Part shown: positions 11,920 through 20,613 of the stretch, piece by piece | Numbering within the stretch: the stretch's first letter is position 1 | How the letters are laid out: each line of letters begins with the position of its first letter | Assembly: GCA_965263035.1 (NCBI GenBank) | Contig: OZ253580.1 | Span: 2,752,001 to 2,816,000 of the forward strand | DNA: 64,000 bases | Direction: 5' to 3' | From: Acidobacteriota bacterium | GTDB taxonomy: Bacteria; Acidobacteriota; UBA6911; RPQK01; JAJDTT01 | Position numbers and translations under genes: made by a program | Notes under the pieces: model-generated | What the model saw: only the letters and a program-made list of their open reading frames with translations | The model's database searches: none | What the model was told of the DNA's origin: nothing

Positions 11920-13020
11920 TCAGGAATTGACCAGCCTCAACTCCCCCGGCGCAACCCTGGCTTGGTGCTGGATGTGACGCCGCATTTCCTCAAAGTAGTG
12001 GGCCGCGATCTGACCGGCGAGAAAGGTCCAGATGCCGGCCACGGAAACGCGCAAGATGTGCTTATTCCCCGGGAACCGGCGCAGCAACCGGTCTCCCCCC
12101 TCCCGCACCAGGGCTCCGGTAGCCAGCAGCGGCAGTAGTTCCCTGGCGCGGCTCCGATTCAGCGGATAGCCGAAGGCTCTGGCGATCTTCAGGATCATGG
12201 CGGTCTGAATGGCGCTGAGGGGCAGCATGTCGCTGATGGGAATGGGAACGGCGGCCACCAAAGCGGCGGAGAAGGCCGCCTGGGTCACGATGGAATTGCA
12301 GATGGTTCGGCGGAACCCGGGCAGGCTTCGCGTCAGCGGGTAGAGGGCCTTGGGGAGGGCCGAGACGATCGATTTCAGGAGCCGCTCCAGTCTCTCCGGC
12401 TGGACCACGGAAGCCGGGAACACAGCGGTGCCCAGAACGCTTCTGGCCGAACGGACCATTCGGCTCGGCTGCTGGACCAGATCCATCTTGCTCAGGACCA
12501 CCAGCAGCGGCGTTCCGTAGTCCTTTAGCCGCTCCAAGAGGCGCCGAGTAGAGAGAGTGGCTTCGAAGCGGCCGTCCAGAACCAGGAGAATGAAATCAGC
12601 CTCCTGCAGATCCCGAGTCACGTCCGACGTCCTGTATCCGACGAACTCTTCCAGTCCCTGGATGCCGACGGAACGAAAAATGGGCCGGTCCACTTCGTCC
12701 TGATCCCGGGTAAGAGCCCGAATCAGTGCCGCCTTCCCCGATTGGGGCATCCCCACCACGCTGATCTGCAACTCCTCCTCCGACTGGATCTCCCGCCACT
12801 GTCCGCGAACCACCTCCAGAACCTTCTGCATGTTGTCCCCCTGGCGCGGGAGGGTGTCCATGACGGTCTTGAGGCGATACTTGATGTCATCCGGGAGGAG
12901 GAAAGCCAATTGGTCCAGGAAGTCGAGGACCGGTTCGGGAGCCCAGCCCCTGATGCTTCGGAAAATGTCGTCTGACGTCAGATAAGGTCCGGGAGCAGCC
13001 GCTGCCGAAGACTCAGCCAT
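11920..13020 (-). CDS. Degenerate GTPase domain plus DUF697/YcjF-like C-terminal domain
   Basis: VGMPQSGKA P-loop-like, LLVLDG, LSKMD (G4-like), AVPIPISD..L.AIQ DUF697-type motif. Confidence 0.65.
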   Translation of the reverse strand: MAESSAAAAPGPYLTSDDIFRSIRGWAPEPVLDFLDQLAFLLPDDIKYRLKTVMDTLPRQGDNMQKVLEVVRGQWREIQSEEELQISVVGMPQSGKAALIRALTRDQDEVDRPIFRSVGIQGLEEFVGYRTSDVTRDLQEADFILLVLDGRFEATLSTRRLLERLKDYGTPLLVVLSKMDLVQQPSRMVRSARSVLGTAVFPASVVQPERLERLLKSIVSALPKALYPLTRSLPGFRRTICNSIVTQAAFSAALVAAVPIPISDMLPLSAIQTAMILKIARAFGYPLNRSRARELLPLLATGALVREGGDRLLRRFPGNKHILRVSVAGIWTFLAGQIAAHYFEEMRRHIQHQARVAPGELRLVNS

Positions 13021-13038
13021 GAGTCAATTGTAGCTTCT

Positions 13039-13249
13039 GAAGAACAGAGGACAAAGAAAAGAGAAAAAGAGGAAAGAGTGAAGAAAGGCGCGTAGTTTAC
13101 GCGTAGCGGGCACCTCTACCGAAAACGATCTGGTTAAGGATTCTGGAGCCGGATTGGTTCGGAGGCTTGTTTCTTCCATGAATCCTCCGGAGCCCAGCCG
13201 GTGAGGGAGCTTTCCTCTTTCCTCTTTCCTCTTTCCTCTTTCCTCTCCC
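13039..13249 (-). repeat. Heptamer-tract-bounded element, family C copy 1
   Basis: Purine tract 13039-13087, about 120 bp core, (TTTCCTC)x5 at 13211-13245; core repeated inverted at 24978-25156. Confidence 0.8.
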
Positions 13250-13262
13250 AGGTGATCGGAGC

Positions 13263-15548
13263 TCACATCAGGTTCACCGGATCCACATCTATGGAGACCT
13301 TTTTCAGGTTGACCCCTTTCCGGGAGAGATCCTCCCGGCTTGAACGGACGATTCCCAGGGCTTCCGACCGGCGGACGGCCTTGATCAGAATCTGGAAACG
13401 GTATTCCCCCTTGATCCGTTCCAGTGGAGCCGGAGCCGGCCCCAGAATGCGGAGCCGCTGCTGTGCGGAGATTCGCTTCCGGTGCGCCAACAGCCTCCGG
13501 CCGACCCTGCTGGCCAGGTCCAGGGTCGATTTTCGGTCCCGGCCCTGAACCAACAGGCTGACCAGGGCCGAGAACGGTGGATATTGGAACCGGCGGCGGA
13601 ACTCGATTTCCTCCTGAAAGAACAGAAGGTAGTCCTGCCGGCGAGCCGCCTTGAGACTGTAATGGTTGGGGTAATAGGTCTGGATGACGACGCGGCCGGC
13701 CCGCTCCCCTCGTCCGGCCCGGCCCGCGACCTGAGTCAGGAGTTGGAAGGTCCGTTCGGCGGCCCGGAAGTCGGGCAACCTCAAGCCCTGGTCCGCGCTC
13801 AGGACGCCGACCAGCGTGACGCCGGGGAAATCGTGCCCCTTGGCGATCATCTGCGTGCCCACCAGAATATCGATCCGCCTCCGGCGAAAGTCCGACAGAA
13901 TCTGTTGCAGGCGTCCTTTGCGCCGAACCGTATCCCGGTCCAGGCGACCCACCCGGGCTTCGGGAAACAGACCCTGAATTGCCTCCTGCACCTTCTCCGT
14001 CCCTTCCCCCAGCAGGTGAATGTACCGTTTGCCGCACTCCCGGCAGCGGGTGGGGAGCGAACGGGTAAACCCGCAATAGTGGCAGAGAAGCCGATTCCGG
14101 TCCCGATGGTAGGTCAGGCTGATGCTGCAGTTCCGGCAGCTCTCGGTGTGCCCACAGCTCCGGCAGAGCAGAGCCGAGGAATAGCCCCGGCGATTGAGCA
14201 ACAGCAGCGCCTGGTCGTTGCAGTCGAGACTTTTCTGGAGCGAGCGCCTGAGTAGATCCGAGAGGATCAAAGCCTTGCCGGTTTTGCGGAACTCCAGACT
14301 CATGTCCACGACCTGGACCTGGGGCAGGGAGCGGTCCAGGACCCTGCGAGGCAGGACCTCCGCCCGCGGACGTCCCCGGTCCCGGGAACCGTGGTAGATC
14401 TCCAACTGCGGTGTGGCGCTACCCAGCACCACCAGAGCCTGCTCCAACTGCCCACGCTTCAGCGCCGTGTCCCGGGCGTGATACCTGGGCATCTCCCCCT
14501 GCTTGTAGGAAGAGTCGTGCTCCTCGTCGACGATGGCGATTCTGAGATCGGGTACGGGAGCGAAAACCGAAGACCGGGTGCCGATCACGACCCGAGCGTT
14601 TCCCTCCCGGATACGCAACCATTGGTCGAATCTCTCACCCTCCGAGAGGCCGCTGTGGAGAATGGCCACCTCCGAACCGAACCAGCCCCGGAACTGATTC
14701 GAGATCTGGGGGGTCAGTCCGATTTCGGGCACCAGCATCAAGGCACTTCCGCCGGATCGAACCACCTGGGAAATGGCGTTGAGATAGACCTCCGTCTTTC
14801 CGCTTCCCGTGATTCCATGGATGAGCATGCTGTGAAAGCCGCGGCTGGACAGCCGCCTTCGGATCTCTTCCAGGACCCTGCTCTGATCCGGATTCAACGA
14901 ATGACGCGTGACCGGTGGGAGTGGGTCCGAATCAGGCCACGGAGAGCGGTAGACGCGCTCCGGTTTCAGCACCAGGGCGCCCCGAGCCGCCAACGCCTTC
15001 AGCGTGCCGTGGCTGGAGCCGGCCTCCCGCACGAACCGGGACACCGGTACCGGGAGTCTCCGGGCGGCCAGCAGCGCCAGAAGCTCCCGTTGCCGCGGCG
15101 TCAGCTCGGGGACACGGGAGGGGTCGATGCTCCAAATCGACATCCTGGTCTTGACCGGCCACGCCCGGGAGACCGACGAGGAAGGCTTCGACAGCAGGCC
15201 TGGGGGAAGCATGCTCTGCAGGACCTCACCCAGGGGAGAGAAATAGTAGCGCGCCACCCATCGACCCAGACTCAGAAGCTGGGCGGAAAGGACGGGATCC
15301 TGATCCAGAACCCGCTCCAGTTCCTTCAACTCCAGGTCGGCAACCGGAGGCGACCCGGCAACCACGATGCCGACCAGCTTCCGGTGGCCGAAGGGGACCA
15401 GGACCCGGGTGCCGGCAACCGGCAGCGTCTCCATCCGATCGGGGACTCGGTAGGTGAACTCCTGGAAGAGAGGGAGAGGTACCGCAACCTGGACGTTCCG
15501 GTCTCGCTCAGGGTCTCGGCCGGACGGGATGGGGAGGTCAGCGGACAT
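13263..15548 (-). CDS. priA: Primosomal protein N'
   Basis: GITGSGKTEVY, LVPEIGLTPQ, DEEHD, CxxC zinc motifs, GTQMIAKGHDF, QVAGRAGR; start 15548 or 15563. Confidence 0.96.
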   Translation of the reverse strand: MSADLPIPSGRDPERDRNVQVAVPLPLFQEFTYRVPDRMETLPVAGTRVLVPFGHRKLVGIVVAGSPPVADLELKELERVLDQDPVLSAQLLSLGRWVARYYFSPLGEVLQSMLPPGLLSKPSSSVSRAWPVKTRMSIWSIDPSRVPELTPRQRELLALLAARRLPVPVSRFVREAGSSHGTLKALAARGALVLKPERVYRSPWPDSDPLPPVTRHSLNPDQSRVLEEIRRRLSSRGFHSMLIHGITGSGKTEVYLNAISQVVRSGGSALMLVPEIGLTPQISNQFRGWFGSEVAILHSGLSEGERFDQWLRIREGNARVVIGTRSSVFAPVPDLRIAIVDEEHDSSYKQGEMPRYHARDTALKRGQLEQALVVLGSATPQLEIYHGSRDRGRPRAEVLPRRVLDRSLPQVQVVDMSLEFRKTGKALILSDLLRRSLQKSLDCNDQALLLLNRRGYSSALLCRSCGHTESCRNCSISLTYHRDRNRLLCHYCGFTRSLPTRCRECGKRYIHLLGEGTEKVQEAIQGLFPEARVGRLDRDTVRRKGRLQQILSDFRRRRIDILVGTQMIAKGHDFPGVTLVGVLSADQGLRLPDFRAAERTFQLLTQVAGRAGRGERAGRVVIQTYYPNHYSLKAARRQDYLLFFQEEIEFRRRFQYPPFSALVSLLVQGRDRKSTLDLASRVGRRLLAHRKRISAQQRLRILGPAPAPLERIKGEYRFQILIKAVRRSEALGIVRSSREDLSRKGVNLKKVSIDVDPVNLM

Positions 15549-15632
15549 GAGAAACTCGGGCAAGTGCGAAAAGTCCAGGCCGGTACCGGCCTGGATCCAA
15601 CCAAGACCAATCCCGGGCGGGGATCGAGCAGA

Positions 15633-16292
15633 CTACCGGGGTCCCGGCGTGTAGTAGGAGCTTCCCAATTCGGTCAGCTTGGCCCGGATCGCCTTCATGT
15701 CCTCCCAGACCTGCCGTTTGGCGCTCGGGTTGCGAAGCAGGTAGGAAGGGTGAAACGTGGGAAGCAGAAGACTCCCCTTGTATGGGAAAAACTTGCCCCG
15801 GATTCGGGAAATGGCGGTCTGGGTCTGAAGCAGAGTCTGAGCCGCGTACCTGCCCAGGGCCACGACCAGGACCGGATTGATGGCTTGGATCTGCTGAAAC
15901 AGGAAACCCTCGCACGATTCGACCTCGTCCCTTTCGGGGTTCCGGTTTCCGGGAGGCCGGCACTTGAGGATATTGGCGATGTAGACCTGTTCCCGTTGCA
16001 GGCCGATGGACTCGATGATGCGGGTCAGGAGTTGACCGGCTCGGCCCACGAAGGGAACCCCCTGGGCATCTTCGTCGGCTCCCGGAGCCTCTCCCACGAA
16101 CATGAGGTCGGCTTCGGGGTTCCCGACTCCGAACACGATGTTGCGGCGTCCCCGGTGCAGTTTGCACCTTTTGCAGTCCCCGATCTCCTCACGGATTCCC
16201 TGCAGAGTCGGAAGCCGATTCACGTTCTTCAGGTTGAGATGGGTCACTCCCAGCTCGCCGAAATAGTTCAGTTGATCGACCAGTTCACGCAT
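15633..16292 (-). CDS. Uracil-DNA glycosylase, family 4
   Basis: CxxCxL, GEAPG, PFVGRAG, KCRPPGNR, HPSYLLR. Confidence 0.93.
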   Translation of the reverse strand: MRELVDQLNYFGELGVTHLNLKNVNRLPTLQGIREEIGDCKRCKLHRGRRNIVFGVGNPEADLMFVGEAPGADEDAQGVPFVGRAGQLLTRIIESIGLQREQVYIANILKCRPPGNRNPERDEVESCEGFLFQQIQAINPVLVVALGRYAAQTLLQTQTAISRIRGKFFPYKGSLLLPTFHPSYLLRNPSAKRQVWEDMKAIRAKLTELGSSYYTPGPR

Positions 16293-16371
16293 GCAGGACG
16301 AACCCTCCGGGAGGTCGTGGGTTCAGTCTACTACGAACTGGTGCCAAAACGGCATCCGGCGGACGGCGGCG

Positions 16372-17262
16372 TCAGATGACTCCGAACTGATCCAGGAGTC
16401 CTTCCCGGTTCCTCCACTCGGGCGCGACACTGACGTGCAGCTCGAGGGCTACCCTGGGAACGTCCAGGAAGCGCTGGATCTCCATGCGGGCCCGCGTCCC
16501 GATGGTCTTGATCATCCGGCCGGCCCGGCCCACGACGATCTTCTTCTGGCTCTCCTTCTCCACCACGATGGAGGCCCGGATCACCACCAGGCCGCTGGCC
16601 CGCCGTCCCTCATCGAACTCCTCCACCAGGACGGCGATGGAATAGGGAAGTTCCTGCCGGGTGCAATCCAACGCCTTCTCCCGGATGAACTCGCCGACCA
16701 GGGATCGCTCCGGTTGGTCCGTCAGGTAATCGGCCGGATACTCGAACTCCCGTTCGGGAAGGTTCTCGGCGATCCGGTCCAGCAGGACCGCCAGGTTGTC
16801 TCCCTTGCGAGCCGAGATGGGAATGATCTCCCGATAACCGTGCTGCCGGTGGTAGAAATCCATCATGGGAAGCAATCGCCCCTTGTTGATGACGTCTACC
16901 TTGTTGAGCAGCAGGATCGCAGGCTGCCGGATCCGACGAATCAGATCCAGGACGTATTTCTCGCCCTTGCCGAAACGCTCAGAGGCATCCACCATGTGGA
17001 GAACCAGGTCCACCGACCTCAGCGCCTCGTAGACTGCGCCCATCATTCTTTCGTTGAGCCGATAGCCGGGGCGATGGACTCCGGGAGTATCCACGAAGAT
17101 GATCTGGGAGCCCGGCCGGGTCAGGACGCCCAGAATCCGGCGTCTCGTGGTCTGAGGCTTTTCGCTGACGATGGAGACCTTGGATCGGATGAGGCGGTTC
17201 AGAAGGCTGGACTTCCCCGAGTTGGGGCGGCCGATCAGGGCGACGAATCCTACCTTGGCCAC
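16372..17262 (-). CDS. era: GTPase Era
   Basis: GFVALIGRPNSGKS, KPQTTR, DTPG, NKVD, QELPYS KH region; GTG 17262 after GGAGG. Confidence 0.95.
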   Translation of the reverse strand: MAKVGFVALIGRPNSGKSSLLNRLIRSKVSIVSEKPQTTRRRILGVLTRPGSQIIFVDTPGVHRPGYRLNERMMGAVYEALRSVDLVLHMVDASERFGKGEKYVLDLIRRIRQPAILLLNKVDVINKGRLLPMMDFYHRQHGYREIIPISARKGDNLAVLLDRIAENLPEREFEYPADYLTDQPERSLVGEFIREKALDCTRQELPYSIAVLVEEFDEGRRASGLVVIRASIVVEKESQKKIVVGRAGRMIKTIGTRARMEIQRFLDVPRVALELHVSVAPEWRNREGLLDQFGVI

Positions 17263-17272
17263 AACGCCTCCA

Positions 17273-17430
17273 CAGTCCGTGGTGAAAGTCCCGCGAGCAC
17301 CGAGACCGTTCCTGCGCCCGCCGGACCAGGCGCGATGAGGGAGCATACCGGGAGTATGCGACCGAGGCGCAACGCAGTCCGCCGGGATCCAGGGCCGGTC
17401 GAATGCCGTGACGACTCTTGCCGCGGGCTG
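17273..17430 (-). mobile_element. MITE-A copy 5 (158 bp), between coaBC and era
   Basis: Reverse orientation; flanks TCCA/TTCA, the latter containing the coaBC stop. Confidence 0.88.
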
Positions 17431-17431
17431 T

Positions 17432-18637
17432 TCACGCGACCTGAACCGGGCGGGAGACCAGCAGGTCCTGGATTCGATCCCACAGGAAGGCCGCCACCCG
17501 GGTCTTGCGAAGCAGGGGAGAATTCTCTTCCCCTCCCTCCGGATCCAGCAGCAGCACCTGATTGTAGTCCGACGCGAAGCCTCGATCGGGACGGGAGATG
17601 TCGTTGGCGACGACCAGGTCCAGCCGCTTCCGGCGCAGTTTTTCGAGGGCGTTTCGCCGGAGACTGCCGGACTCGGCGGCGAAGCCCACCAGGAACTGAC
17701 CGGCCCGTTTCTTCTCTCCCAACTCCTTGAGGATGTCCCGAACCGGTCGAAGCTGGAGCGCGCCGAGACTGCCCTCGTCTTTCTTGATCTTCTCCCGATA
17801 CCGGTGGACCGGAGCGAAGTCTCCCACCGCGGCGGCCATGATCACGATCTCCGACCGATCGAAGCGGCCCCCGACGGCGGTGGCCATCTCCTCGGCCGAA
17901 CGGACGGCAATCAGTTCCACTCCTGCCGGCGGGTTCAGATGGGTCGGCCCCGAGACCAAGGTGACGCGAGCGCCCCGATCATGGGCCTCCGCGGCGATGG
18001 CGTATCCCATCTTCCCCGAGGACCGGTTCGAGAGGAAACGGACCGGATCGATGTCTTCGACAGTGGGACCGGCAGTGACGAGCACCCGTTTGCCTTCCAG
18101 TCCCTTCCCTCGGCTGAGGATCCGAAGTGCCCGTTCGACAATGACCTCCGGCGCGGCCAGACGTCCCTCCCCCACTTCTCCACAGGCCAGGTAGCCCGCT
18201 TCCGGCTCCACGACGGAGACTCCGCGCCCGCGCAGAATCTCCAGATTGGTTTGCGTCGCGGGGTGGCGCCACATCTCGACGTTCATGGCGGGAGCCACGA
18301 CGGTGGGAGTGACGGTGGAAATGTAGAGAGTGCTCAGGAAGTCGTCCCCGATGCCGTGGGCGAACTTGGCCAGAGTGTTGGCCGTCGCCGGCGCCACCAG
18401 CAACAGTTCGCTGCTGCGAGCCAAGGCGATATGTTCGATGGCCGTCGAGGAATCCCGGAACAGGCTGTCCACGACACGGTTCCCCGAGAGCTTCTCCAGG
18501 GTCAACGGTCCCAGGAATCTCTTGGCATGCTCGGTCATCACCGGGAGCACCTCACAGCCTCCCTCCTGAAGCAATCTCAAGATAACGGCGGATTTATAGG
18601 CCGCGATGCAGCCGGTGACCCCCAGAACGATCCGCAT
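17432..18637 (-). CDS. coaBC: Phosphopantothenoylcysteine decarboxylase/ligase
   Basis: GVTGCIAAYK, APATAN, PAMN, DPVRFLSNRSSGKMG, GFAAE. Confidence 0.96.
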   Translation of the reverse strand: MRIVLGVTGCIAAYKSAVILRLLQEGGCEVLPVMTEHAKRFLGPLTLEKLSGNRVVDSLFRDSSTAIEHIALARSSELLLVAPATANTLAKFAHGIGDDFLSTLYISTVTPTVVAPAMNVEMWRHPATQTNLEILRGRGVSVVEPEAGYLACGEVGEGRLAAPEVIVERALRILSRGKGLEGKRVLVTAGPTVEDIDPVRFLSNRSSGKMGYAIAAEAHDRGARVTLVSGPTHLNPPAGVELIAVRSAEEMATAVGGRFDRSEIVIMAAAVGDFAPVHRYREKIKKDEGSLGALQLRPVRDILKELGEKKRAGQFLVGFAAESGSLRRNALEKLRRKRLDLVVANDISRPDRGFASDYNQVLLLDPEGGEENSPLLRKTRVAAFLWDRIQDLLVSRPVQVA

Positions 18638-18644
18638 GGGATAG

Positions 18645-18878
18645 TCAGTATTCTTCGCTGCCGTCGAATTCGGTCTCGACCGCGTCCTCGTCCGCTTCTT
18701 CCAGGATTTCCCAGGTGATGAGTCCCTGTTGCGCTTCCTGAATGGCGATGTGGGCCGGCTTCGGGGACTTCTCGTCGATCATGGGAGGATAGCCGTTCTG
18801 AAGTTGCTTGGCCCTCGCGGCCGCGACCAGAATAAATCGAAACTTGCTGTCGTACTCGTCAGGAATGTTTATGATCAT
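18645..18878 (-). CDS. rpoZ: RNA polymerase omega subunit
   Basis: SKFRFILVAAARAKQLQ, K...IA..E; between gmk and coaBC; ATGA overlap with gmk stop. Confidence 0.9.
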   Translation of the reverse strand: MIINIPDEYDSKFRFILVAAARAKQLQNGYPPMIDEKSPKPAHIAIQEAQQGLITWEILEEADEDAVETEFDGSEEY

Positions 18879-19501
18879 TGGGCCTCCTTGAATGTTCCTA
18901 TCACCTCTTGGATCCGCCTGGTGTTCCGAACCAAGCCGCCGGAATCGGATCCATGGAAACCGACCGCCGACTTCAACTCCAGCAAGGCGTCCTTGAGGGA
19001 ATCGTTTATTATAGCGTACCGGTACCGTTCGTAGGCGCAAACTTCTTCGGCCGCTCGCTCCATGCGCCTCCGGATGACCGCCAGGCGGTCCTGCCCCCTG
19101 TCGGTCAGGCGGCGCTCCAGTTCCTTCCGCGAAGGCGGCAGGATCAGGATCGTCAGCGCGTCCGGGACCTGCTTCATGATCTGACGAGCCCCTTGAACGT
19201 CGATGTCCAGCAACACGTCCTGTCCCGAACCGAGACATTCTCTGACCCACGCGCGGGCCGTGCCGTAATAGTGGCCGTGCACCCGAGCGTGCTCCAGGAA
19301 CCGATCGCGGGCCACCATGTCGAGAAACTCAGGTTCGGAGACGAAGAAATATTCGACGCCGTGACGCTCGCCTTGCCGGGGTTGCCGCGTGGTATGGCTG
19401 ACGGAGAAACGGATGCCTTCGACCTGCTCGACCAAGGCCCGGCCCAGGCTCGTCTTCCCGGCTCCCGAGGGGCCGCTCATAACGATCAATCTGCCTGCCA
19501 T
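18875..19501 (-). CDS. gmk: Guanylate kinase
   Basis: SGPSGAGKT, SHTTR.PR.GE, YYGT, DIDVQGA. Confidence 0.96.
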   Translation of the reverse strand: MAGRLIVMSGPSGAGKTSLGRALVEQVEGIRFSVSHTTRQPRQGERHGVEYFFVSEPEFLDMVARDRFLEHARVHGHYYGTARAWVRECLGSGQDVLLDIDVQGARQIMKQVPDALTILILPPSRKELERRLTDRGQDRLAVIRRRMERAAEEVCAYERYRYAIINDSLKDALLELKSAVGFHGSDSGGLVRNTRRIQEVIGTFKEAQ

Positions 19502-19560
19502 GCCGCGCGTATCCCCTCCGATATTCTCGACGATCGGCCGGGTCTCCGGACACCGGACCG

Positions 19561-20433
19561 CTATTCTATATTCTGTACTTGTTCCCGGATCTTCTCGATC
19601 TCGCCCTTCGCCTCCAGGGCCAAGTTCGAGACCTGGGGCAGAGCGCTCTTGGCCAGGATGGTCGTCACTTCCCGGTTCATTTCCTGACACAGGAAATCCA
19701 GATTCTTTCCCCGGGGTTCGGATCCCGGCGCCAGGAGTTGATCGGAGAAACGAACCAGATGGCTGCTCATGCGGGTGATCTCCTCGGAGATCTCCGCCCG
19801 GGCGGCGTAGTACGCGATCTCTTCGGCCAGGCGCCCCGGGTCCGGAGCAAAGGAGAGGTTCATCTCATCCAGCCGCTTCTTCAACTTGGCGCGAGCCTGC
19901 TCGAACACCTCCGGCGCGTGTCCTCCGATATCCTTCACCGTCCCTTCGAGGGTCTGGATCCTCGCCGTCAGGTCCTCGAACAATCGCGCTCCCTCGGCCC
20001 GGCGGGCGTCCACAACCTGATCCAGGGCCTCCCCGGCCACTGCCAGCAGATCATCGGAGAAGGGGCGGATCTCGTCCGCCGGCTGGTTGGCAACCAGCAT
20101 GCCGGACAGCCGCAAACAGGTCGCCGCGTCCAGCTCTCCGCCGACTCCCAGGGACCGGAGATGCTCCACGATCATCAGATAGTTCTTCACCAGTTCATCG
20201 TCGATCCGGTAGCGGCTCTGAGATTTCCAGGCGATCTCCAGGGTCAGGTCCACTCGTCCCCGGCTCAGCTTTTCCCGGACCAGCTGGCGCAATCGAGCTT
20301 CCAGGAACCTGGCTCCGTGCGGGAGTCTCAGCTTCAGGTCCAGGTATCGGCTGTTGAGGGTCCGGACTTCCACCGAGACGTCCATGGTCTCGAAGGCCGC
20401 CTCGGCTTGTCCAAAACCGGTCATGCTGTACAT
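19561..20433 (-). CDS. yicC: YicC/YloC family endoribonuclease
   Basis: MYSMTGFG, NSRYLD, LDFLCQEMNREVTT, EKIREQVQNIE; ATG 20433 after GGAGG. Confidence 0.93.
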   Translation of the reverse strand: MYSMTGFGQAEAAFETMDVSVEVRTLNSRYLDLKLRLPHGARFLEARLRQLVREKLSRGRVDLTLEIAWKSQSRYRIDDELVKNYLMIVEHLRSLGVGGELDAATCLRLSGMLVANQPADEIRPFSDDLLAVAGEALDQVVDARRAEGARLFEDLTARIQTLEGTVKDIGGHAPEVFEQARAKLKKRLDEMNLSFAPDPGRLAEEIAYYAARAEISEEITRMSSHLVRFSDQLLAPGSEPRGKNLDFLCQEMNREVTTILAKSALPQVSNLALEAKGEIEKIREQVQNIE

Positions 20434-20453
20434 GGATCCTCCGATGGTTTCAT

Positions 20454-20613
20454 CAGTCCGTGGTGAAAATCGCGCGAGCACCGAGACCGGTCCTGCGCCC
20501 GCCGGACCAGGCGCTTCGGAGGGAGCATACCGGGAGTATGTGAGCCGATAGCAACGCAGTCCGCGCACGATGCAGGGACGGTCGAATGCCGTGACGACTT
20601 TTGCCACGGGCTG
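20454..20613 (-). mobile_element. MITE-A copy 6 (160 bp), between msbA-like and yicC
   Basis: Perfect 4-bp direct repeat TCAT/TCAT, one copy containing the upstream gene's TGA. Confidence 0.92.

Noticed and set aside
16372-20607. ORF-track N-terminal extensions of era (17346) and yicC (20607) starting inside MITE-A
   Set aside because: Good GGAGG-preceded starts exist downstream at family-typical positions; the extensions arise from the stop-free element strand
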